This document shows positions 42,429 to 55,499 of a stretch of DNA of 64,000 nt, in pieces. Source of the DNA: Octopus vulgaris. Lineage: Eukaryota. The notes under the pieces were generated by a model that did not search any database, was not told where the DNA came from, and saw only the letters and a program-made list of their open reading frames with translations. Each line of letters opens with the position of its first letter. The stretch's first letter is position 1. The DNA is taken from the NCBI GenBank assembly GCA_951406725.2, contig OX597821.1, positions 30,380,001 through 30,444,000 on the forward strand, written 5' to 3'. The position numbers and the translations under genes were made by a program.

Positions 42429-42499
42429 CGTTATTACCGTATTGGTCCCAATTTCGGGGTTAATTCATACGAATTGTCCCCTCTTCAGCGATAAATACG
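42429..42499 (-). ncRNA. Type I hammerhead ribozyme, canonical core
   Basis: Minus strand: CGUAUUUAUCG CUGAAGA GGGG acAAUUCguauGAAUUaa CCCC GAAA UUG ggac CAA UA CGGUAAUAACG; all conserved core nucleotides, three stems, AUA cleavage triplet. Confidence 0.85.
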
Positions 42500-42999
42500 T
42501 GAGATATAAGTGAAATACTTACTCATACCCATGGTAAAAGCAAGCACTAAGTCCTGTGCAGACCTAGGTCTGTGTGTGTGTGTGTGCTATCTTATATATA
42601 TATATATAAACATGGATAGAGAGATGCAGGCAGGCATACTTTCACAAACGTGCAAACACACACACGCATATATACACATACACGTATATAAATCGGCTTC
42701 TTGCATCGAACAAGAGTGTCTCCCAGGTTGAATAAAAATTCAACGCCTTAAGCCTAATAACATAAATATATAATCGATTGCAATGATAGACACTGTTTAG
42801 TAGAAACAGGCTATAAAAATCTAATCTAATATAATATAAAATACGTGTCGGGTGCGTGTTCCCGCATGTTATTCCTAATACAAAAACTGGTACAAACTAT
42901 GTTACTTTAGGATCTCTCTCTTCCTCTTTCTTTCTTTCTTTTTTACTTTCTTTCTTTATTTCTCTCTCACTCTCAAATGTTCTGCTATTATTCATGTCC

Positions 43000-43300
43000 T
43001 GTGCATATGAATCTTCTCCACAACCCTCTAACCTGTGCTGTTCTCTTCATTACGGCCTAATATCACCCAGAATCATCATTCTTCTCCCGCCCCGTCTTCT
43101 CACCTGTATTAACTCCCGTCTGTCACAGCGCGCAGAAGCCCTCTTCATCTTATATGTCCTATCCATCTTGATTTCCTTCCCTAGCTGGTATCCATCAAGA
43201 ATTACTTCTCTCCAACTCTCTTAAGCACTCTTTCGTTGCTCTCGTGGTCCGTCCAGTAGATCCTCTCCATTCGCATAGAAAATTCCATTTAACAACCCTT
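43000..43300 (-). mobile_element. RTE-clade LINE 3' fragment
   Basis: RMERIYWTDHESNERVLKRVGEK*..GRKSRWIGHIR*RGLLRAVTDG..RRRGGRRM. Confidence 0.75.
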
Positions 43301-43512
43301 CACTCTTATATAGGTTTTAAAATTTGCAGACACCAGGTAATGACAGCAAACAAAGCAGTTGGTTTGCAGAACATCAAGACAAGTGTGATCGAAGTAGGTG
43401 ACGATACAAGATGTGAATAAACCAGAAGACCAAGGAAATGAAAACTGGAAAGAGCAGAGAAGCTAATTTGCAAATCAACATCAACGGAAATTAACTAGGG
43501 CAGATTCAACAA

Positions 43513-43792
<280 letters not shown>

Positions 43793-45471
43793 TGGAAGAG
43801 AGAAATCAGAGCAAGACTTGCCACAACCAAAAAAGGAATTCAACAAACACAAAACACTGCTCCCTAAAGGCCTGGAGCCTGACCCGCAAAAGAACCTGGT
43901 GAAAAACTAAGTATGCTGTGTGCTCATCTGTGACTCAGAAACAATGGACCGTCAACAAAAACTTCGCGATGCATTAGTATAAATAAAGAGAACAGATTTG
44001 TTTGATTTCTCACTCGGACTCCACTCCAGCAAATACTCAGTCAGAATTTTCAAACAAATTATAAAGAACATAATATGTTTAGCTCGTAAATACAAGAGGT
44101 TTTATTCGGATATAAATTTGGAATACTTTGAAGGAATTCCCAACGCTTGCAGTGTGTGATATTTTGAAGATGGTCTCATGCACTTTAGAGTTTCCAGATG
44201 AGGAGAACTGTCAAAAATAAACGATGGCTTCTCTGTCAGATTCCTATTACGTGATACAGGATTTTACTAAGCATCATACAATATCTTCAGAAGAAAAAGG
44301 ATCAATATCAAAACCAGATGGTAACGATATATAAATGAAAAGTTTCATGAGAACTCAAAAATATCATGTATATTTCTTCACTGCCAAAACTCTGTACTTT
44401 GCACTCCATAGTATGTTTACGAAAGTAGCTCTTAGTGTTTTTTAATGAATTAAATGATGCCTCTTCCTGATGAGGCATGACCAGAAATTTCCCAGCATTC
44501 TTTCAATGTATACATGTTTTTCAACAGTATAAATACTTCGCAATAATTAATAAAAATCTTTTGAGCACCGTTAATTGAAAAACGTACTTCTTAATGGTTA
44601 ATTGCATTCACGACACTTCAAAGTGTTTGCTGATTATATATATATCTGCGCGCGCGCGCGTGTGTGTGTGTCAAAAATTAAGTTTAGTTAAGATATGTTT
44701 GCGACAAATTTCTACTGCTTATGTCCATCTCATTGACAAGAGTCCACAAACTCCAAACATCGATGTCTAGCATTCCCGATGGAACAAATTGGGTGTTTTC
44801 ACGCCTTTTGCCATAAGAGAGATATTCTCTCCACAGCAATTGCAGTGCTTTTGTCTATTAGCATTTGAAATACGTCGCAAAGAAATTTTAGCTAACCTAA
44901 ATAATACTTATGCTAAACACTACTTAGCGCTAACATTTTGTCAAATATGTAATATGCATGTGTTTCATTTTGTGTGTGTTTGTGAGTGCTAACTTATGTG
45001 AATTAAACAGAGCCACTTTTGATTTAACTGAAATTTCATTATGAAGCTTTTACGGTGATCCATGTTCACTGGTGTTGAGGGGAATAAGAAGAATAGTTGA
45101 AACATGTATAAGAATAAATCATTCATTGCCGTTTCTTGTACGTAAAATTTCAGAAGAAAAATTTGGATATGTACCTGCAACATACCTATTTAAGCGTTTT
45201 TCCGCTTTACATCACTTTTTAATTGCCGCTGACTTACCCGTCACTATCTGTGTAATTTATGATTTGTGTACGTTTTATAGAAACTTCAAATGTATTTCGA
45301 AGTTGCACTGCCGTTTTGTAAATAGCGCCGGAAGGACGTGCTAATGCATAAAACTCTTGAAAGTTTATCTTGCAAAAAAAGTTTACAGTTCTTTGGTGAG
45401 TTATTTTGTAGCCATAAGCCTAGAATATATTGCTTTTTAATGGGTATTTGCTATAGTGGTGAAATACGTAA

Positions 45472-45852
45472 GTGGAGGTGAAATGGCCCAATGGTCAGGG
45501 CAGCGGACACGCGGTCGTAGGATCGCGGTTTTCGTTTCCCAGACTGGGCGTTGCGAGTGTTTATTGAGCGAAAACACCTAAAGCTCCACGAGGCTCCAGC
45601 AGGGATGGTGGTGATCCCTGCTGTACTCTTTCACCACAACTTTCTCTTACTTCCTGTTTCTGTTGTACCTATATTTCAAAGGGCCCGCCTTGTCACTCTC
45701 TGTGTCACGCTGAATATCCCCGAGAACTGCGTTAAGGGTATACGAGTCTGTGGAGTGCTCAGCCACTTACACGTTAATTTCACGAGCAGGCTGTTCCGTT
45801 GATCGGATCAACCGGATCCCTCGTCGTCGTAACCGACGGAGTGCTTCCATTA
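45472..45852 (+). mobile_element. tRNA-derived SINE with TSD
   Basis: Head as at 6561; GAAATACGTAA on both flanks. Confidence 0.88.
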
Positions 45853-46663
45853 GAAATACGTAACTTCAAATTCACTGGTATGGGTCAAGGTCCTTCTGGG
45901 GTAATATTTTGCTTTGATCATTTCCAGTGCATAACATGCACCAAACCAAATCTACATTGAGGGAATCAGTAGGTCAGGCCAAATGCCTTACGCTATCTAA
46001 TACGTCATACTGAGTTGTGATATCAACACCTGCGATTTTACTGGTGCAAAGCTGTATCTGCTCAATTAGGTCGCCGTTCACTTGAATAAACATCGGCAGG
46101 GTAGAGAATGAGAGTCTTACATGCATCGGTTAATGCTAGTCTTCTCAGAATGGATGGTCAGCATCAGGTTGATAGTGAACCTTCTGTCGTAAAATCTCTA
46201 CACTTTGGCAGTTGTGCACCTGTTAGTTCTAATTTCCAATAAAATCGTTCTGTATTGACAATATTGAGTCAGGGGAATTCAAAATCGTTTGCATTTGTGT
46301 CTCTATTGACTACAGATATCTTCTAACACAGCGCACTGAATTACTTGTCTTTCATTCCCACAAGCTGTATGTGGGTGTGTATTCGTATCGATGTATATAT
46401 ACATATGTAAAATTACAGAAATGTCTAAGCGAGATTTATAGTACTTTAAATAAATACATTTTAATTCAACACTCAATCTGTTTACAATAAGTCATGGTAA
46501 CACAAACAGACACACACGCATACACACATATATACACACACACACAAACACATATTTCAAATATACATTAGGTGCTAATGACACATTACTCTAAAATATT
46601 CTGGTAACTTAAGCTGTCTTTATTTCTTCGTACCAATATCTACTTATCCACTTGATAATATAC

Positions 46664-46738
<75 letters not shown>

Positions 46739-46969
46739 GCTACCAATTATTGTGTGTATGTAGGTGTGTTTATATTACGTGTATATATACAACATATATA
46801 TACATGTGTGTATGAATGTATGTATATATATATATACTGTTATGTGTGGGGAGAGCCATTCTCTTTTAGTGCTTCAACACACGAACTCATATTGGTTTGC
46901 AAGATTCTTGCAAACCAAATCCAAAAACCAATATATATATATATATATATATACATGTGCGTATGCATG

Positions 46970-47013
<44 letters not shown>

Positions 47014-47039
47014 CATATATATGTTATATATATGTGTTC

Positions 47040-47335
47040 TTGTATTTGTTTCAGATCTTTTGACCGCGGCCATGCTGGAGCACCGCCTTTAACCGATCAA
47101 ATCGACCCTAGGACTTACACTTTGTAAGCCTAGTACTAATTGTATCGGACACTTTTGCCGAACCACTAAGTTTCGTAGATATAAACTCACCAACATCGGT
47201 TATCAAGTGATGGTGAAGGGACTATAGTAGTGAAGGTGCTATAGTAGAAAACATTTGCCCAAGGTGCCACACAGTGATACTGAACCCGGAAGTATGTGGT
47301 TGGTAAGCATGCTACTTACCACAGCCACTCCTGCC
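47040..47335 (-). mobile_element. CORE-like tRNA SINE
   Basis: Reverse copy of the 40154 family with an internal deletion. Confidence 0.82.
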
Positions 47336-47431
47336 ATATGTACATACATATATACATATATTATATATAAGTGTGTGTGTGTTTATACGTATATAAATAT
47401 ACATATATAAATATACATACATACATATATA

Positions 47432-47474
<43 letters not shown>

Positions 47475-48194
47475 TACGTATGTATAAATTCATACTTATA
47501 TGTATATACGTACATACATATATATATATCTTTCTCTCTCTCTCTCTCTACACACACACAAACACACACATACACACACACACGCACGCCATACACACAT
47601 GCGCTTATAACTAGGTGTATGTCAAGAAGAGTCTCAAGATAATACAGTTTTCACTTAAGCGTTAATCTCAAAACTTTCTGAAATTTTTATATAAAATGCA
47701 TTCTAGATTTTGAAAGATTTCCCCATTAAATGTCTTAAGAAAATTTGCTTACACGCACTGACACAGAGACACAGACACACACATGGAAATATCAATACGC
47801 ATGCATGCGTGTACCTGAGTCTCTCTCATTTTCTCAATCGAAAGGGAGAAAGAGAAGGAGGAAATGAGTTGCCAGACACTTACAGACGGGTGGAATACTT
47901 GGGAAAGTGAAGAACTGAGAGAAGCAGAGAAAGTAGAACGCATATATTAATTGCTTCAGGTAGTGAGATCGGCATGTTTGATTGATAAACACGTTTACAC
48001 ACTCCTGTAGGTACATCGCATGTAATATGGCTTTATACGCCGGTCGAGTTATCTGGATTAGCGTGGTTGCTGGGTTCGTAAGTGGGAAAAAAATTGTTGA
48101 ACTTAAATGATTAAGTAGCAAGTTTTATGAAGAACTTTCTCATGTAATTATATTTATGTTTATCTCTATTGTAAAGTATATACCTGTCTAACGT

Positions 48195-49080
48195 TGAATT
48201 CCCCGGTGTTTGCTTGGTCTCTAAGATCATATGAAGATTTTGAAGTAGTGTTTATTTATATCTTTCATGTTGTGACCTGACAAAATGCTCTCATATATTA
48301 CATCATATTTTGTCCCACAATATTAAACGATATGCAGCATATATGGAAGAAAATGGAAAGAAAAATATTTTATACAGTAGCAACTAGGTTTGTAGATAAC
48401 ATTACTTGTTCTGTATTCCGGTGCTTTGATGTAAAGATAGCTGCTTGGACCAGCAGGTGGGATTACAGTGAAGAACGGGACATCAGAAAAATATGAATTT
48501 GCCAGTTCAAATCCATCAACAGGGGTTAACCTAGAGACTTGATAAAAGTCTCCGTAAAGGACGGTGCCATTTGAAATTTCAGATGCTTTAACGGAAACAA
48601 ATTATCTGGCGGGATGTTGGGACTGCATGGGATAAACACTTCTCACTTGGTACAACCAGTCAAAATGGGAAGCTTGTATTTGAGTATATTTTTGAAAATT
48701 TCTATTGTACCATTACATATGTTTGGTACATCCAAATACCTTTTCACTACAAAAATGTCTTGATTTTTCGGCTGCTGATTGTGATAAGGGACAATAGGAA
48801 ATTCTAGGGAAATGATAACGGCTTCGTTAACGTCCGCCTAAGTGTGAATTTACTTGTGTCATAATATTTGCAATGGTATCTGTTGAATTATGATAACCAT
48901 AATGTCCTGTGTAATATTTTATGAGCTAGCATGACACTCCCGGAAGCAACACGTGACTAGGGTTAAAACAATAAACTTGCAATCGTACTTCATTAGCTGT
49001 GTTAATGCGCAGAATGCTTTCACATTTTGATTTCTCGGAACTCAATGTTTGCAGATAGATGGATGCATCCACTGACTGAA
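48195..49080 (-). pseudogene. Possible decayed IgGFc-binding-protein N-terminal-domain sequence
   Basis: Ordered pieces ILRINTANEVRLQVYCFN..VLLP..*..KYY; DVNEAVIISLEFPIV; an ~80-codon stop-free run VSVKASEISNGTVLYGDFYQV..SDVPFFTVIPP..SYLY; GTKYDVIYESILSGHN..FKIFI/YDL. Recognition by eye only. Confidence 0.4.
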
Positions 49081-50299
49081 GTGAATTTTTGCACGGGCTA
49101 AGGCGTTATCTATATTAAGAGTAAATCCGATTGGATAATGCGGTCGAATGATGATCGTTTTCCTTTCGTATTTCTATATGTTTCTTTTAAGTCCAGCTAC
49201 AGGTTTTCCCGGTTAAATCACTGACAATGTTTCCTTAAATTATCAGACAGAAAGACAGTGACTCGACCGATATTAATGTTTCCTCCAATCAAGACTGAGA
49301 TATTTTGTACCTATTTTATACATACAATTTGGCCCGTTTTATAGTGTGTCTGCCTAGTCATTTTAACGATATCCTCCACAGAACTAAAACTGCTCACAAG
49401 GTGCAGTGGTAGCTTTAAAGGAGAATGATCAGCCCAGCTACATTTGAAAGCATATTTTATAATTCTATTTAAAACCGCAACAGTAGAAACGTGATTGGCG
49501 GAACAAACTTTTGGCCAAAATTAATCTACTGTAACTGATCCACTTGAAACAGTCTAGGAACCTTTGCTTCTCGTCTCAGATGACTTCAATTGGTTGAACC
49601 TTGAATAAGCTTTTCCTCATTTGGAGTCAAGAATCATTTGTTTGATGGGGGAAATACCATTCTTTATAATGAATGTCATAGCAGGTTGCTGAAAGAATGT
49701 CTCAACTGAAGGTTGTAGGTACTGTTTTTATTGGTGCTGGCAGTCCATACTATTCAAGCACCTTGCCATCATTTACAACTTGTTGGTCTCCCACATGCAC
49801 TCGTGGTAATTGCGGTAAAGTTGCAAAGGAATGAATGCTGAGAGGTCATAGTAAGATCATGCTGCCAAAACATTCTGTATTTATTTGGGGTGGGGCGCTG
49901 TTTTATATTGTATCATCTTTCAAAAGCCTCGGCTCAATGAAGCTACGATGTATTTTGCACTAAATATGTTAAAAAATTGTTTTAAGGTCATAGAATAAGG
50001 TTGGATTATGGATATTGTGGGAAACATGCGTGAAATTTAAATTGGCTATTAAAATTCCCTATATTCAAAAGGTTAGTGGGCTGAATATAAATATCCATTT
50101 CTAGATAAGAGAAAATATTTCAACGTATCAGTTTTCCACATTGACATTTATTTATCATAATATGGAAAAATAGCGGTGAAAAATGCCCTGTTTGTAATCT
50201 GTAAAAAGAAAAAAATTACGCAAAATATATTCACACTATGTTTTGGAAAGTTTACATTATTCAAATTTCTGCTGAAATGAAGAATAATGATAATAGTAA

Positions 50300-50700
50300 T
50301 CTTTTCTACTATAGACATAACGCATGAAATTTGAGGTGAGAGGGCTACTCGATTACATGGCCTCCACTGCTCAACTGGTAATTAATTTATCGATCTCGAT
50401 AGGATGAAAGACAAAGGTGACCTCGGCGGAGTTTGAACTCAGATCATAAAGTCGGGAGAAATACCTATTTATTTACTACTCACAAGGGGCTAAACACAGA
50501 GGGGACAAACAAGGACAGACAGACGGATTAAGTCGATTATATCGACCCCAGTGCGTAACTGGTACTTAAATTATCGACCCCGTGAGGATGAAAGGCAAAG
50601 GTGACCTCAGCAGGGTTTGGACTCATATCATAAAGTCGGGAGAAATACCGCTAAGCATTCAACTCGCTAAGTATTCAACTAACGAGTATGTCAGTTCTCT
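50300..50700 (-). mobile_element. Nin/Deu SINE with nested SINE tail and duplicated segment
   Basis: Two copies of AAAGGTGACCTC..ATCATAAAGTCGGGAGAAATACC flank a young SINE tail. Confidence 0.85.
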
Positions 50701-51130
50701 GCGTTCTAAATAATAATAATAATACTTTCGAACGTTTAGTACTTAGTTTCAAATCCAATATAAGTAACAAAAATATCTGTTCTTATAAGGTTTCGCAATT
50801 AAATTTGTTCATTTGAAATATTCAGGCAGCGCGTTCTATAAATCGGAGCGTTTATATATATACATTCTGATATACAATGAAGTATTATCAGTCCAATACA
50901 TAATAATTTAAATTTAAGTCTTTGGAAATACGAACAGATGTACACGGGAAACAATAATTCAACAGTTTTATATTCTCCGATTCTGGAGCTTATTGTTCAC
51001 ATTTATAAATATTTAATTTAAATTCTGGTTTATTTCCACAATATGTCCATTATGTATATGGAGGTGAATAGTAAATGTCTCTCCCTCTCCCTCCCGCCGT
51101 TCTCTTAACATATGTGTGTATATATATATT

Positions 51131-51213
<83 letters not shown>

Positions 51214-51439
51214 ATTTATGTATGTATGCATATACGTATATATATATAGAGAAATTTACACGAAAATATTTATCAAAATCTTTTAAGTTGAATTCAGTAA
51301 CCTCTAATTTAAAAGTACACAGTGAAGACGATAGGACTGATGAAAAATTTTTTTAGACTAAATAATTGTTTCACTTCGTAACATATCTTTAGGGCAATGT
51401 AAAAGTGCTGATCAAATATGACGCTAAATAACAAATTAT

Positions 51440-51854
51440 GGATCCTTTCGGTTTGAACGGCACTTTTTTCTAGCGCTGCCATATGAAATTGTCACCGATA
51501 ATTATGACCCTAGTATTGATCTATTGCATTTCAATCTGTTTTAGGGTTAGGGTAAGGGGTGGGTGAAGGGTATCTTTTTTTCTTCACAAATGTAAATAAT
51601 CCCAATCTGTTTCTTAAACGAGGGACATATTCATATGGCACAGAATGTTTTTACCCCAATGGACGTCAGTGATTGGTTGAAATTGCAGAAATTGAAGAAA
51701 AACAACAACAAACATCATACAAACTATAGAATTTTCTCAATAAAGCCAAGAGAAAAAGATGTTTTATAAACACATTCTACCAGTATACGAAGTTTAAAGT
51801 TTTTTAGTTACCTAGTAATTATGTTAAAAACTGCCGTTCAAACCGAAAAGATCC
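51440..51854 (+). mobile_element. GGATC-MITE copy 6
   Basis: Both TIRs; AATTAT shared by the flanks. Confidence 0.93.
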
Positions 51855-52239
51855 AATTATTTCTTTCTTGCTCCAAGGGAGCATCAACATTGGTTTTTAT
51901 TTATGATCGGTTACAATTCTGTGTTACATTATTGTATAATTGCTTAAGTTAGCAAAGAACAGTTGCAAAATGTCGACGGCATTTGTACTAACATATCCTC
52001 CGTTCCTTATACCCACATGCATATTTATACATATATAATTATGTACACACACACATACACACACACATATACATACGCGTCCGCACCCACATCCAAACGT
52101 ACACAGACACACACACACATACACTGAGCCGCAAAAGTAATTCGAGACGTATGTGACCGTGAATTATGTATTAATTTCATTATGGCAGAAATGAATTTTC
52201 ATAAAACTCATAAAGTCAATTCCTTGGATGCACTTTGGC

Positions 52240-52740
52240 CACAGTCAAAGGGTTGTTCTCGTGTGTTCTGGCAGTGGGAGGATCCAGAAAATCGATATTG
52301 TAGCGTGTGACATGTTCAACACAGTGTATGCTCTCCCTGGGTGTTCAAAACAGTCATACACCGTCGGTGCATGGAATGCATGAGGCTGTTCACAAAAGCC
52401 ATTGGTACCTGTGCGGAGACCCTGAGGAAAGCTGCCTCCAGTTAAATAAAACATTGGGACCACCTGGTTCAGCCGTCCCTGGATTTCATCCCACAGCTGT
52501 TCAATTGTTAAGAGAGCTAACCTGCTCGCAACCTCACTCTAGTTCTTCTCTATCTGGAGATCTGGACCGAACCAAACTCCTAGCATTTTCACCGGTCCGT
52601 GTGTCCATTGTCTGACATCGCTGTTTGAACAGCATCTACTTGCCTCTCCAGGTGACGAGCTGCAAGCCGATCGACTTACCTTGGTTAACTTTTGCTCTTA
52701 CCACCGCTTCGTAATCCTTTAGGGCCTCACCTATCCTCTG
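52240..52740 (-). mobile_element. L1/Tx1-clade LINE RT C-terminal fragment
   Basis: DYEAVVRAKVNQGKSIGLQLVTW, then KMLGVWFGPDLQIEKN*. Confidence 0.75.
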
Positions 52741-53059
52741 TAGGTGATTCATGCACACGTCTATATACGCACATGCACAAGAAAAAACAGGGCTAAAGGC
52801 AAAATACAGAAAAATATGTAAAGAAGTATAAAAAGTAAGCAATAAGAGTAAAACACGTTTATATACGCACATACTCGTATGCATGCACACACGTCTATAT
52901 ACGCGCATACGTCTATATACGGAGCTTATCATGGCTACCGAATAATTGTCACATATTATATTTACAGGTAAATTCCTCTATTTACATAATATCTAGGTCT
53001 CCTTCATTCTTTTCTTGTCTTACCATTTCTATCAATATATATATATATATATATACAAT

Positions 53060-53295
53060 AAATGCTTAGCCAAGCTCATCGGACCGGTTTCCAGGTTTCA
53101 AAGGCGTATGTGTTCACCAGCTGGACGGGACGCCAGTCCATCGCAGCGTTACCCATCTTTGCCCGCTGAGTGGACTAGAGCAACGTGAAATGAAGTATTT
53201 TGCTCAAGAACACAACGCGTCGCCCAAATCAGAAATCGAAACCACACTCTTACGATCATAATGCTGACACCCTAACCACTGAACCACGCGCCTCC
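53060..53295 (-). mobile_element. tRNA-derived SINE
   Basis: Reverse has GGAGGCGCGTGGTTCAGTGGTTAGG..GGTTTCGATTTC; tail GATGGACTGGCGTCCCGTCCAGCTG shared with 19.1 kb. Confidence 0.82.
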
Positions 53296-53301
53296 ACACA
53301 T

Positions 53302-53332
<31 letters not shown>

Positions 53333-53875
53333 AGCATATGTTTAAACAATTAATTTCATTAATAGCTTAATGAGTGTATTATAGCATATCTAAAAATTCG
53401 CCTTCAGCTGATGATACATAAATTTCAGAAAGAATGATGTATTCAGAAAGGTACTCACACTTATGTATATCCATCCGTTACTTACCTGTATGTGAGATGC
53501 ATTGCATCGTTAAATACGAAAAATAAATTTTAAACAGCCGAGTAACTTAATATTCCAAGTAATAAATAACACATTAATTACCCATAGAAACAATAAAATA
53601 ATGCTTTTCTCAGCACGTCGCTCACCTGATACTAATGTGATCATATGTCACGTTTAGCGAAACAATTTTCAGGTAATGCAATCTTTAGACTGAACGGCAG
53701 TTTTGCTTAGCTCTGCAAACCGTGTTTATTTATGTAGCTAATTATTGCTTCAGTTAGGATTCATTAATACAATTCGCTATTTAGAAAAAAAAAACATAAA
53801 ATGCCATCCCCACCCCCGGATATATTGTTATTAATGTTATAACAAGTCTTTCTAATTATAGATGAGACCATGGTT

Positions 53876-54307
53876 GGATCTTTTCGGTTTGAACGGCAGT
53901 TTTTAATATAATTTCTAGGTAACTAAAAAATTTTAAACTTCGTATACTGGTAGTATGTGTTTATAAAACATCTTTTTCCCTTGGATTTATTGAGAAAATT
54001 CTATAGTTTGTAAGATATTTATTTATTTTTTCTTCAATTTCTGCAATTTCAACCAATCACTGACGTCCATTGAGGTAAACAGCATTATGTGCCGTATGAA
54101 TATGTCCCTCGCTTAAGAAACAGATTGGGTTTATTTACATTTGTGAAGGAAAAAAGATACCCTTCCCCCACTCCTAACCGTATACCCTAACTAACCCTAA
54201 ACCTAAAACAGATTGAAATGCAATAGATCGTATTCTAGGGTCATAATTATGGGTGACAATTTCATATGACACCGCTAGAATAACTGCCGTTGAAACCGAA
54301 AAGATCC
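53876..54307 (-). mobile_element. GGATC-MITE copy 7
   Basis: Both TIRs; no recognisable TSD (CCATGGTT/AATAGGAG). Confidence 0.93.
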
Positions 54308-55499
54308 AATAGGAGAAACAGTCGTTAGTGATTATAGTAGAGGAATAAACTTTCTGGACTCGAATCCAAACTGGTTTTTGGGATACATCCAGAAACAAGA
54401 CATCAGATGATAAATGAGAAGGAAATGCTTGTGTGGACTTATGTAAATATTTTCAGTAACATTTCATCTATAATGAACTGTTTGATATTTCTAAAAAGTA
54501 TATCTTATCCGAATACGCATTTCTTATACTGTGTAAGGCGCATGGGTTAGCGGTTAGAGCTCCGGTTTCACAATCATGTAGTAGTAAGTTCGATTTCTGA
54601 ACCGGGTTCTGTGTTGTGTTCCTGAGCAAAACCCTATAGCGTTGAAATTAGTACGTGTAGAAATAAATGTCAGAATTTCTGTTTTGCTTTTTTAAAGCAT
54701 AATTTATTTATTTGTGAGTGTTGACAAATGTGTGAGTGCTGAACAAAGTGAACCCATATATGTTTGAGTCAGAGTGAAGCCATAAAAGCTCTCAGTTGTA
54801 TGAGTAGATTAGAAGTTTAGAGTTCTAAGGATAAAACGAAAATGAACAGGCAGCTCTGTTCGCTAACATTTACGGAGATCTGTTTGCTGACGGTCGTTGC
54901 CTCGATTCTGCAGACTGGCTGTTTGGCTGATGAAATTGTTGTCACACGTTAGCGCCCACTGGCAGACAAGAAGAGCCAACTTAATTATCTCTGTCAAAAG
55001 ACATAACCATCTGCTGGCTTGTACTTGCTACATTAGTCTTCCGCAGACTGAAATACGATGCAGCCGATAGGCAATGCAACACGCCAAGCAAAATCGAGAG
55101 AAAACAACATTCACAATTTTTGAACAACATATTGTACAAAGAAAGAAGGGAAAATGCAAAGCAAAAACGCAAAAAGCAAAAGAGAAAAAAGCACCAAATT
55201 GGGGTTGCACAACCCAGTTTATAAATATACAATTTTGGACAGCTTTTGGGGCCAATGAACGTGATGACCACTACGTGTCATTGTAACGCATGCTGACGTG
55301 GACAGAGGTGAGTGCGATTGGCGTTGTGGTACTTGCACAAGTTATCATCCAGCTTCCAATGGTATGGCAGAACGATACCACCGACAATTAGATGATGCAG
55401 TGTTGGATGGGGGCGAATATGGCTCTAGTATTAGAGCCTCTGTAAAGGCCCGTTTCAGTCTTTCCACCGAGACAAACTCTCGTCCACCATTAATATCAA

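Noticed and set aside
44457-44495. CTGATGA..GAAA hammerhead candidate
   Set aside because: No stem I or III pairing; it is a simple ATGCCTC/GAGGCAT hairpin.
45870-46250. Possible RTE RT remnant (VNGDLIEQ)
   Set aside because: Too degraded to support by eye.
48780-48960. BEL/Pao integrase zinc finger (GHYG..LGGR..CP)
   Set aside because: No downstream DDE motifs; adjoining frames fit a different domain better.
53405-53460. CTGATGA..GAAA hammerhead candidate
   Set aside because: Stem II is out of register and there is no stem I partner.
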